A stretch of DNA of 58,478 nt, from the NCBI GenBank assembly GCA_000934665.2, contig KZ538617.1, forward strand, positions 1 through 58,478. The letters run 5' to 3'. The stretch is from Catajapyx aquilonaris (lineage: Eukaryota). The notes below the pieces were generated by a model, which was not told the DNA's origin, did not search any database, and saw nothing but the letters and a program-made list of their open reading frames with translations. Both the position numbers and the translations under genes were made by a program. Position 1 is the first letter of the stretch; each line of letters begins with the position of its first letter. This document shows, piece after piece, positions 1 to 11,000 of the stretch.

Positions 1-241
1 GCCTAGGCCTCATTGCCATTCCCAGGAAAAAAATATTTCCTTCGTACCCACCCATTTCTTGGACTGGACTTGGGCTTTTGTTCCAGAGGGCCATTCAACT
101 ATTTTTTGGACCGAGTTTGCTGCTTCAGGCGTGTGTTTGTGTATTTATGACAGTATATTTGATACCGTAATTGCTGAGATTGACAGACCAGCCTGCCGAA
201 GGTGAGGGCCGGCCGTCTCCATCTTTATGCTTGCGGGTGTA

Positions 242-411
242 CAGTGTTGGACATTAATCGAGGCATTCGAGGCACTGGTGGCTAGCGACATTTTCTGAAG
301 CGGCAGAAGAAGGAATCGATGATAAGGATACTGCAAGCCGGGTGAGCAAGATTCCTTCTTCTGCCCCTTCAGATAATGTCGCTAGCATACCTCGATATAT
401 GTCCACCACTG
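242..411. mobile_element. Tc1/mariner-type hairpin MITE
   Basis: Ends CAGTGTTGGACA / TGTCCACCACTG; arms about 242-320 and 349-411 are reverse complements; TA at 240-241 and 412-413. Confidence 0.7.
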
Positions 412-413
412 TA

Positions 414-1082
414 CTTGCCCTACACCAGTGCCATTTGCCCACCCCACAAAAAATGGAGTGGTGGGATAATAAACAAAATGTGATAAAAAATCACCATTAA
501 GTTTATCTGGACTTTAGAATAGCTAATTATGAAGTGTAACAATGGGTGGAATTTTCGTCGTACTACACATTAATTCAATTGAAATTTTTAATCATAGCAC
601 ATTGGACTGAGGTCTAAATAGACGATGATGTCGCATTTTTATTTATTCATAAATAACACCGTTAAATGTTGTACACCAAAGTGTAGCAATTTCAGAAAAA
701 GTTCGCAAGCCGTACGGCATAAGCATTTAAAAATTCAGTGGTAGATTTTTTGGAATTAATTGTAATAATGTTTTCGAGTTTGTGTGGCCCCTCTGGTTCG
801 TTATTACAATTAATGTCCTGCTAAGTAACATATAAACATAGTGGCAGCAATTTTTACGAGACCCCCACAGAAATTCACTGTCCAAGTGTAATCATATTTA
901 TGTCCGTTGTTAACTGTCAAATCAATTTCAACTTTGGTGTCCGCCTAACTACATTGCTACTCTTCATAATTTATCTATTCTAAAGTCCAGATAATCTTAA
1001 CGGTGATTTATTATCACATTCTGTTTATTACCCCACCACTCCATTTCATTGGGGTGGGCGAACGGCACTGGTGTTGGGCAAG
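414..1082. mobile_element. TA-flanked MITE with ~135-bp imperfect TIRs
   Basis: CTTGCCCTACACCAGTGCC... (414-545) is the reverse complement of about 950-1082 (...GGCACTGGTGTTGGGCAAG); TA on both sides. Confidence 0.75.
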
Positions 1083-1551
1083 TAATGCACACTATTGCAC
1101 ATGGATTAATTACTCTATCCACCAAAACGGAACATTAGCTTACCCGTAAATTACACAGGACCAAAAAAAGACATAATTTTCTTTTGTTGTCTCTTTGTTG
1201 CCAAATATACCAGAAAAAGAATGATTTTGACCTTTCTGAAAGTGTAAAGGAGCACCTCTTACATCTTGGCCCCCTTTGTCTGAACAGCCTGACTCAGGTA
1301 TAGACTCGGGTCTGCACAGCCCGAGCATGGGAACCAAGGTCAGCTCTGTGATCCAGCCCAAAGAATTAAGACTCTGGGATACATTGAACAGAGCACGTGT
1401 GTGCCGCAACCTTGAAGTGCAAAACTTGTGAGTAGGAAGCTTAGATCAGTAACAGATGCGAATATCACCCTCTTCTCTGCCTTCCTGCATGTGGGAAAGG
1501 AAGTTGAGTAATCGAAAGCAGCATATTTTCCCACCAAGGGGCCAAAAAATG

Positions 1552-1710
1552 GCCTGTTATATCTGAGGAGAGGTGAAAAATGAGTCTGTTATAACCAGAG
1601 TAAAAATACACAGGGCCTTATGGAAGTTTTCTGGGACCAGCCTTTTCAGTCAGTTACTTGCATAACTGAGAATCTGTTATAGCCGAGGCTGTTATACCCA
1701 GAGTCAACTG
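1552..1710. mobile_element. Right end of a pogo/Tigger-like MITE (partial)
   Basis: Four CTGTTATA subterminal repeats ending in GAGTCAACTG followed by TA; no left end found. Confidence 0.4.
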
Positions 1711-1722
1711 TATACACATTAA

Positions 1723-1865
1723 GGGCCTGTTTCCACTGGCATAATTTTCAAGCACAAAAATGGAGCATAAATCAAACAAACTTTATTATTAATTGCCTAG
1801 CAACAAAAAATTGTTCTGGCTTGCATTTTGTCCGGAACAAAAATTATGCAGGTGAAAACAGGCCT
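1723..1865. mobile_element. PIF/Harbinger (Tourist-like) MITE
   Basis: GGGCCTGTTTCCACTGGCATAATTTT ... AAAATTATGCAGGTGAAAACAGGCCT, flanked by TAA at 1720-1722 and 1866-1868. Confidence 0.65.
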
Positions 1866-1926
1866 TAAGATATCAAAAAACAATCAGTAATAGGTTAAAA
1901 CAAAACAGTACGATATTGTAACGTAA

Positions 1927-3240
1927 GGTCATTCCATGTCAAATCATCACAGCGATAGGCCTTGACCCCTCAAATTTTGATGAAACTTGGTGTGTCTAGT
2001 GTCCTTACATAGTTATGAATGAAAACCAAAAGAAATAATTTATTTGGCCTACCATTCAAGAGTTATTAAATATTAAATATTCCAATTTTGACTAAAAATT
2101 GCTGCGTCTTGAAATACTCAAGTATTATTTTCTCAGGAACCAGATGAGATATAAACCTGGGGAATGTCTCATATTGAAGGTCTTTCCATGGGCTTTAATT
2201 TGATATGTAACATGGCAGAGGTTATCATATTTATTAAAATTTTAAAATCAATTAAATCTTTAAATTTAAATATTTCAAAAAATAGTATTTTTAAAATTTT
2301 GAAAAAATTCCCAAAATCACTTTGTACTGTCCTCTTGCATCTCCCAAAGTGTCATTTTGGGATCGCAATGGGATCAGGTGATACAGAGAGTACACGTTTC
2401 ACACATGCCGGAAAATACCCATCATACCCAATCGAGGTTTTCACAAAAGTCACTTATATTGCCAGTAGCTTTAAAAATCATGATAGTGCTTAATAAACAT
2501 TTCATTCTTAGTGTATATCAACTAAATGATTGACTTAAATGTATAAGAAAAAAATTATGATCATCAGCTACCTCCGAAAAAAACCAATGTTAATAATAAT
2601 AATTTTTTTCTTATACATTTAAGTCAATTATTTAGTTGATATACACTAAGAATGAAATGTTTATTAAGCACTATCATGATTTTTAAAGCTACTGGCAATA
2701 TAAGTGACTTTTGTGAAAACCTCGATTGGGTATGATGGGTTTTTCCGGCATGTGTGAAACGTGTACTCTCTGTATCACCTGATCCCATTGCGATCCCAAA
2801 ATGACACTATGGGAGATGCAAGAGGATAGTACAAAGTAATTTAGGGAATTTTTTCAAAATTTTAAAAATATCATTTTTTGAAATATTTAAATTTAAAGAT
2901 TTAATTGAGTTTAAATTTTTTAATAAATATGATAACCTCTGCCGTGTTACATATCAAATTAAAGCCCATGGAAAGACCTTCAATATGAGACATTCCCCAG
3001 GTTTATATCTCATCTGGTTCCTGAGAAAATAATACTTGAGTATTTCAAGATGCAGCAATTTTTAGTCAAAATTGGAATATTTAATATTTAATAACTCTTG
3101 AATGGTAGGCCAAAAAAATTATTTCTTTTGGTTTTCATTCATAACTATGTAAGGACACTAGATACACCAAGTTTCATCAAAATCTGAGGGGTCAAGGCCT
3201 ATTTTAATTCCAAACTGTGATGATTTGACATGGAATGACC
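1927..3240. mobile_element. 1.3-kb fold-back DNA transposon derivative (~630-bp TIRs, ~40-bp spacer), possibly Sola-type
   Basis: GGTCATTCCATGTCAAATCATCACAG ... CTGTGATGATTTGACATGGAATGACC; arms near-identical in reverse complement; related copy at 8423-10400; no TSD seen. Confidence 0.85.
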
Positions 3241-3703
3241 CGGCGCGAATAAAAGTGCATGTTGGATTTTTAAAATCTAATTATTTAATTTAATATTTTC
3301 AAACTGTGGATAATAAAACCACATATAACTGGGAGCTCACTGTATACAAGAATGTAGCTTCAAAACATTATTCTGATGGTAGGCTACAATTAACTCCATA
3401 ATGACAAAAATACATACTATTTGTTTAGCCTTTGGATGGAGAATGAACCATCAGAAGAAAAAGAATGGCATTCCTTGGATTCTTTGGATGGTTCCATAAT
3501 CTCATGCCATTCTTTGCATGTCACAATGCTCTGTACTATATCCAACTAGAGAATAATGCATACAACAGGGTGCAATAACTGAAATATTATTATTAATATC
3601 CTTTACATCCTTCAGTTGGTCTGTACATTTCGCATTCTATACAGAAAATGAGGCGGAATCAACTAGTTTACATTTGTACCATTATCAAGGTGTTTGAAAC
3701 CCA

Positions 3704-3982
3704 CTACTTTCCACCAGCAAGAGAAGGTGATACATTCTTCTCAAACACGGTCTTGGGCACAAAGGACTTAGACTTGAGGCTGTCCACCTGCGTCTCATCC
3801 TTGTTGCCAGACTCACTCAGGAAACGATCCACCCGTTCCTCTTTGATGCTGCCCTTATATGGGGTGTACTTGTCTGAAACTATGTTCTCAAAGTTGTACC
3901 CGACAAAGCCAATCACGGCAGCGACAGGAAGGGTTATGTATGGAGCATATGCTCGCAGGAAGGTGATGATCACAGGGAGCAT
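3704..3982 (-). CDS. SMIM12: Small integral membrane protein 12 (UPF0767), 92 aa
   Basis: RAYAPYITLPVAAVIGFVGYNFE...TPY...SIKEER..R...FVPKTVFEKN is the family pattern; ATG at 3982; a 5'-UTR intron acceptor (TTTTTCAG on minus) lies at about 4028. Confidence 0.92.
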   Translation of the reverse strand: MLPVIITFLRAYAPYITLPVAAVIGFVGYNFENIVSDKYTPYKGSIKEERVDRFLSESGNKDETQVDSLKSKSFVPKTVFEKNVSPSLAGGK

Positions 3983-4515
3983 CTTGAAAATGTGAGCTTG
4001 TGTCCTGATGGCTCAACTGTACGGCAACTGAAAAATATTCAGCACTATCACAACTGAAACATTAATAAGAATGGAAATGCAGCATTCAATTTTCCACAGT
4101 GCTTTGCACTGGTTTCTCCTGCATGTTAGTGGCGTGTCGCTGGTACAATTTTAAGCAAAAAAAATCCCATTACCATAAGCAGGCCTAATTCCTACCATTT
4201 GAATGACAAGGAAACTTTTATAATTATCTGCCTGGACCACAAATTCCACCCTCTTCCCCAATGCATGATGTTTTGGAATGGTCAACCTCTATTTACACAG
4301 GGTGATCCAATTGAGGTGGCTCTTTTAAGTTAGCGATATTTTGGCACTAACGGATGTTTAAGCAATTACACTTGTCTGGACTCATCTTTTGAAATACATG
4401 CAAGGTGAACCTAGCGTGCAAAATATTGATTTAATATTGTCATTCCATGCCAATTGTTACAATGTGACACAGTAATTACGAAGTAAACCATGTTTAATTT
4501 TTAGGGAATACAATT

Positions 4516-4762
4516 GAGGCATTCAGAGGAAGAATGGAATATCCCAACCGGAGTTCATTTTGAGATAAATGGCTTTTTGTGTTGTAATACAATAGGTTTT
4601 TCCATACGGACCAATTTTACAAGTGGAATATGTAAGCTTTGACATATCCCAATTCATTTGGTACTTCAGGACATGAAAGGTAGATGGCAGGAGAGTACAA
4701 CAGCACTACAATCTCAAATTTGGAGGTCGGTTGGGATATGCCATTCTTCCTCTGAGCGCCTC
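4516..4762. mobile_element. MITE with GAG...CTC termini (Sola-like)
   Basis: GAGGCATTCAGAGGAAGAATGGAATATCCCAACCG / CGGTTGGGATATGCCATTCTTCCTCTGAGCGCCTC; 4-bp flanks AATT and AATA. Confidence 0.65.
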
Positions 4763-4804
4763 AATATTGGTTAGTATGTTGAAATTAAAATCAACTTATA
4801 TGTG

Positions 4805-5191
4805 CACAGTGTTTCTTACTAGTATGGCAAGAGCTTGGTATGGCCAACCTTCCTTGGGCCAAAACAAGTCGAAAATGTAGTGGGGTGAAATGCCAAGGGA
4901 CCAATTGTTAATGAGGTCGATGACCAGAGACATTGGCCGTTGATCGCCTGGGGAGTAGGATATGAGTGGTGATAATCACATCTGTGAAAGAGGTGATCTC
5001 ACAAATCCCAACAGTCATGATATATCACACTCATATCCTGCTCCCTAGGCAACCACTGGCCATTATTTCTGGTCATCCACCGTGTTAACGGTTGGTCCCT
5101 CGACATTTCTTCCCCCTACATTTTCAACTTGTTTTGGCCTTTGGAAGGAATACGCTGATGCCTGTTGGCCATACTAGTAAGAAACACCCTG
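4805..5191. mobile_element. Tc1/mariner-type fold-back MITE
   Basis: ~170-bp imperfect arms; GTGTTTCTTACTAGTATGGC / GCCATACTAGTAAGAAACACCCTG followed by TA. Confidence 0.7.
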
Positions 5192-5347
5192 TATACGTGA
5201 AGCATATTGCCTTTGTACCTCCATCTTGTCCTGGTCCATGCCTAACACTGATGATTAACCAATGTGATGATGTTCTTTAAAAGCCCCACCAAGTAATGCA
5301 CATGTTTCACAACCTTCCCCCCCCCCCCNNNCCCCCCCCCCAATTAA

Positions 5348-5617
5348 CCCTGGAACTGTGATGTGACTGAAAGTTACAGCAACTGTGACATGGGGTCTTT
5401 TAGGACCCCATCCATATTTTAATTTGTATTAATTTTTATATAATACTTTTCAATGTATTCACTGTGCAATCATTCTTTGAACAAAGCCTAAAATGATCGC
5501 TAATTCAAAATAAACATGCACTTCCTGTTATATACTTTTTTTTAAATGGCAAAATTTCATCGTAATTATCATTTTAATTTCTCTGGGGTCTTAAAAGACC
5601 ATGTCACAGTTCCAGGG
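5348..5617. mobile_element. piggyBac-like MITE (uninterrupted copy)
   Basis: TTAA|CCCTGGAACTGTG ... CACAGTTCCAGGG|TTAA; same family as 38234-38944. Confidence 0.85.
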
Positions 5618-6115
5618 TTAAAAATACCATTGACACAAACCCATCACAAAAAAACGCCACTTTTTGTGGGTAGGCTACAAGACAGTTGGTCAACAAGATC
5701 TAACCCCAAGAACTCCCAAGTTTGTGAATCTGACATGTAACATGCCTTCCCCATCCATGCCAGAGTCCACCATGCCAATCTTGAACTTTCACCCATACTA
5801 GCATGACTTCATTTATGAATGGCCTCTTATAAACAGTTCATCACTATGCTTCTCACTGACATTACATAACCTAAAGAAAACTTAATGAAACCTCCTAGTT
5901 CTTGAACTCTGCTGGCATTGTTTGTTGCACATTCGAATAACCTCAGGGTTATGATTTCTGAAACAAACTGAATCTGTCCACTACATCCACTGATGCAGTG
6001 GCACCTTATTCTCTCAGTTCATACAGGCTCATTTGTATAACTAATTGTAAATTGCATGCATCTTGCTATTGTACATGCTGTAAGATAATCAACTCTAGCA
6101 TTCATCAATGACACT

Positions 6116-6216
6116 TGCAGTGGTTGTTCAGCTGTTAGCCTGGTAACTTACAGAAACTGCCTTTGTGAATGGTTACAAAGATAAGCTACCATGCTAACAG
6201 CTGAACAACCACTGCA
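6116..6216. repeat. ~100-bp hairpin, old MITE
   Basis: TGCAGTGGTTGTTCAGCTGTTAGC / GCTAACAGCTGAACAACCACTGCA; no TSD. Confidence 0.6.
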
Positions 6217-6659
6217 TGCTCATATAGACAAGATACATAACACTGCGATAAAACCCATAGACACAGTGTACTATTACGTATTAAAGTCCAATATCAATCA
6301 TGTGACCTATGACCTGGGAGCGCCTGGGAGCAATAACTGGGGAGAGAAATTAAACTCGGCAATACTATACATCCGCATTCAACTTGCTTCCCAAAATCTA
6401 CTGATTGGATGTTGTGGTCAGTCTTCTGCAATTGTTACTACCATTTCAGCAAGGTACTACTACCAGCAAGTGTACCACAACTTAACATTTCACAAATGAA
6501 GCATTACAACCACTTCATCACAGCATGATGAAATATCCTGTTTCCTTTTGGTCACTACATGGTCTCTACATGAAAACAACCTATTTAATTTGCCTGGCCA
6601 TGCCAAAACCCCACTGTGGCGAAACCTTGACTTTACAAAAACTGGCAACTCACACGCTT

Positions 6660-7150
6660 TCCTGCACGTGTCACCAGCGACTGATTTAAAAAACTGAACG
6701 GCGTACAAGTACGGGCCATTCACCGGTCAAACCAACACAACGTAACTGATCGACCGTATCGAGCGCCCTCTGCTATACGAAATCTTCACATGCTATCCGC
6801 CATTAGCAAGTAATTGTGTAGCAAGAACACAGACGCAGGTGGCTTTAACCCCTCAAATAATGGCTCCAGATGGCTTAAATTCCAGTTTAATTAACATCTA
6901 ATTAATTCATCACTAATTTTATGATACGGCAGCCAAATACAAATAAGTACAACTTGCCAAGAGCTTGCTTCGAACTGTACAATTTGCGCGCTTCATCTGC
7001 CTAACGTTATGTAGTAATCACACGTCAGAGCTCAGTTTGATCTCTGGTGGTGATGATTGGCCCTTGCAGCAGGGCCCAATTTTGCATCAGCACCCTGTAG
7101 GCGCCTGTCCCCGATTCTCCCGTGTGACACCCTCCCTCCTCCCCCCATAG
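6660..7150. promoter_or_regulatory. Probable bidirectional promoter of SMIM12 and DDHD1
   Basis: Locally CpG-rich patch between divergent genes whose bodies are CpG-poor; inferred from position, start sites not mapped. Confidence 0.45.
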
Positions 7151-7252
7151 TTGGAATGATTTTATAAGGTGGTGTGCAAACAGCTGTCGTGCGCTAGTCA
7201 TGTGAAGAACGTTACAGCTGTTCATTGTTGGTCCGATTAGAGTGGTGTGGAG

Positions 7253-8009
7253 ATGGACTTCCCTTCTCACCTGCAGTCAGCCTTTGAGGACAACTTTGGC
7301 TACACGGATGATATTGGTGAGGTGTCCATCGAGGTGGACCATGGTGGTCAACGCACTGTGTCCTACCATGAGTTTACACATGATGAGTACCCAGAGGAAG
7401 GAAACAGTGTTCCAGATGATGGGGTGGATGCGACCACACCAGGGCAATACTGCAATTTGGGTGAATACGTGACTGACTTGGCTCCAGAACATGTACGCTG
7501 GTTCTACAAGACAGAGGCGGACAAGAAGTGGAATGAATTTGATGGGTATGACTCATTGCGTATAGAGGCCAAGTATAGAGAGTACTATGCGGGCTATTAT
7601 CGAGACTGGGCGCAGTATGGGTATGATGCACAGACCTACTGCGAGTACCCAACAGGTGAAGAGTTTGATGCAGCTTATTACGAGCAAGTGGAGCAGAAGG
7701 GCGGCAAAGGGGATGAACATTCCACATCACAGGGTTGTGAGGAGTTCAAAGAGGCAGTGGAGGAGCAGAGCCATTTGGAGATGATCAACCCAGCTGCAAG
7801 CAAGGACCAAGTGGTGGGAGATAGTAACCTTGCAGGAGGTGACCTTGCAGGAGGTGACCTTGGACAGAGTCATCTCTTGGAGGGTCAGTCCGCAGAAGTT
7901 CGAGATGATTACTTTCCGAACACGGCCCTGGGCGACAAGATTGTTGTTCGTGGTGGACTGTACGAGGTTGACTTGCAGCTCTGGAAGTGCCTCTCCACGT
8001 ACTGGCCAG
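7253..8009 (+). CDS. DDHD1: DDHD1 coding exon 1
   Basis: ATG 7253; VRWFYK, GYDSLRIE, VRGGLYEVDL, YWP; donor CAG|GTACGA. Confidence 0.88.
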
Positions 8010-11000
8010 GTACGAGAAATTCGTAATAGCTACAATAATCTCATAATAATTGCATAATTCAAGGTTTTAACATATTTAAGGAGTATTAGCTGCTGGTAAA
8101 TTATCTTCAGCATTTATGGTTTTGCAGTCTGCTAACATAATGACTTCTTCTAACATTGAGGAAACTTGGACAAACTCTTAAAATCTTGGCTTTTCAAGGG
8201 TGTCATTGTCATTTGATTCTAATTATGAATTGTACCATATTACCTCTCATATTGCGGCATGCCGGTGTAGTCGAGGTTGACCAGTTTTTTAAAATGCTTG
8301 ATCTGGTGGCTATACCGGCATGCTGGTATAAGGCGAGGTTTTCACATAAGTTACATTATCCTTTCCGAACTCGACATTTGCCTCAAAAACAAAGTTTACG
8401 TAAAGGCTATCAAAATGGCACGTGTTATTCCATGTCAAATCATCACAGTTTGGAATTAAAATTGGCCTTGACCCCTTGGATTTTGATGAAACTTGGTGTA
8501 CCAAGTGTGCTTACATAGTAATGAATGAAAACCACAAGAAAGATTTTTTTTGCCTGCCATTCAAAAGTTATTAAATATTAAATGTTCCAATTTTGACTAA
8601 AAATTGCTGCGTCTTGAAATACTCGAAGTATTATTTTCTCAGGAACCAGATGAGATGGAAACCTGGGAAATGTCTCATATTAAAGGTCTTTCGATGGGCT
8701 TTACTTTGAAATGTAACATGGCAGAGATTAACATATTTATTAAAAATTTTAATCTCAATTAAATCTTTAAATTTAAATATTTCAAAAAACTGCATTTTTA
8801 AAACTTCGAAAAAGTTCTCAAAATTACTTTGTACTATCCTCTTGCACCTCCCCAAGTTTCATTTTGGGATTGCAATGGGATCAGGTGATACAAAGAGTGT
8901 ACATGTTTCACATGTTGTATGGGAAAATAGCTCTGGACTTATTATTATCATCAGTAGTTTTAAAAACCATGATAGTGCTTAATGAACATTTTATTCTTAA
9001 TTAGTATGAAGAATTTATGGTGTATACAGGGTGTAAATGAATTTGGGGGACAAACTTGTAGGGGTAATAGAGGGGACCAAGACAAACATATTTGACCTAG
9101 GAACCCGTGTCCGGAAACGCCATTTAGAGGGGGTTCATAGACAAGGAATGGGTGCGCTCAGACATGTCAGTCAGGCGGCGTTAGCGAGCGGACCGTTTAG
9201 TTTCTAGGTGGCGCGCGGATTGTACACAACTTTGCAATTTGCCATAACTTGGCAACAACAGAGTTGTTGTTTATTATCTGTGCGCTACCTAGCATGCTGA
9301 CTTTAGTTGTTAGGTGGCTCTGTTGTTGCCAGGTTATGGCAAATTGCGAAGTTGTGTACAATCAGCGCGCCACCTAGCAACTAAACGGTCCGCTCGCCAA
9401 CGCCGCCCGCCTGACGTGTCTGAGCACACCCGTTCCTTGTCTATGAACCCCCTCTAGATGGCATTCCTGACACGGGTTCGTAGGTCAAATATGTTTGCCT
9501 TAGTCCCCTCTATTACCCCTACAAGTTTGTCCCCCCGAATTCATTTACACCCTGTATGTCAGTTTCATTTTTAAAATACAAAGGTAAATTTATGGAACAA
9601 ATTTTACCTAAATTTTAAATGATGTATATTGCATAAAAGGAGACACCAGAATGGAGCTTATTAATTGCCCCAAAGTTCCCACCCACTCCTCTATTTAGCT
9701 TGAGAGACTATTGTATGTATGTGTGTGAGTGAGTGAGCTTATTAATTGCTGAAGTGAAAGTGACATTTCTCCACCCATCAGGACCTTCTCCTTCTTTTTC
9801 TTACCCTTCACCATCTGATGTGCTCTGGATTCCTTATGCTGATGTAATTTGCAAAGTGAATTCCCACACACCAACTGGTAGGGTTTACACTCTACCAGAA
9901 GGTGAAAGGGAAAAGATTGCAGGGGTCACTAGACGACACCTGGATTTGACAAAAGAGACATAACCTTGAGTCGCCACCCACAACCTCCAGCATATGGACA
10001 AATATTATGTTTTTTCACAGAAGCAGGTTGGTATAGGGGTTAAGGAGCCAGACTGCTAATCTGGAGGTCCTGGGTTCGATTCCCAGGGCCGGCGATCCTG
10101 ACCGTGGTTTTCTGTGGTTTTCCACGGTCCCTCCAAGATAATTCCGGGCTCGTTTCCGTATAATAGGCTACAGCCGCTTCCTTCCTTCCCTATCCTTGGC
10201 CCCATCCAATGGTGGTATTCCACACCCTAATGGAGCGCCGATTCTCCCAATGGGGTATAAAAAACAAACAAAATGTTTTTTCGGGGTAAGCTGATTAAAC
10301 ATGTTTTTTTTCTTGTACATTTAAGTCAATTATTTAGTTGCCATACACTAAGAATGAAAAATGTTTATTAAGCACTATCACGATTTTTAACACTACTGGC
10401 TCGATTTGGATCACATTTTGTTCTGAAAATCTCATTCTCAGAAGTTTTGACTGTAAACTGCAAAGCATTAAAAGAGCATCAGCACTTAAAGTCTCCCATG
10501 GAGCATTACACTCTTGTAATGCTCAATGGAGACTCAGTAGCTTGATGTTTGTGGTTGTCCGTGTAGTCCATCTGCTTGATATCAAGAAAATGCCATGTTT
10601 ACTATGAGTACATTTTTAGTTGTTTTCCTTTTTCTTGGAATTTGTGTACTGCCACCCATGAGGGGCATATCACATTCTCAGAAGTTCTGACTAGTCTATC
10701 TGCTTGACGTCAGAAAATGCCATGCACTTTTTTTCTTTTTTTTTCAATAGTTTGCTTGGAATTTATGTACCGCTGCCACGCAGGAGATTCACCATTGTGA
10801 TTTTTAGGCCCTTGTATACATAGTATCTACTGTGTAGTTTCACAATTGAGGTCATTTTGATTCCTCCCTTGGTAGTGTTTCACAGGGGTTAACTAATATC
10901 TGATTAGTAGATAAATGAATTGCTCATCCACTCTTATTCCCTCTGCCATGATGCCACTGGTTAATCATAGTGGCAGGATAAAAAGTCACAGTAGAATGAT

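Larger units (their letters stand above)
8423..10400. mobile_element. Second, inverted and truncated copy of the long-TIR element, retaining internal sequence
   Basis: 8423-9005 matches the TIR of 1927-3240; about 10275-10400 is the inner end of the opposite arm; internal ORF remnant 9733-9963; interrupted by a MITE and a SINE. Confidence 0.8.

Noticed and set aside
2164..2493. 109-aa ORF (and 8631-8855)
   Set aside because: Lies within the AT-rich transposon TIR and is not conserved as an ORF between copies.
10022..10093. tRNA-like cloverleaf with a GCT (Ser) anticodon
   Set aside because: No long variable arm and a weak acceptor stem; it runs into a SINE body, A-rich tail and TSD, so it is a SINE head.
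10432..10780. Imperfect tandem duplication with a small hairpin insert
   Set aside because: Degenerate intronic repeat with no definable termini.
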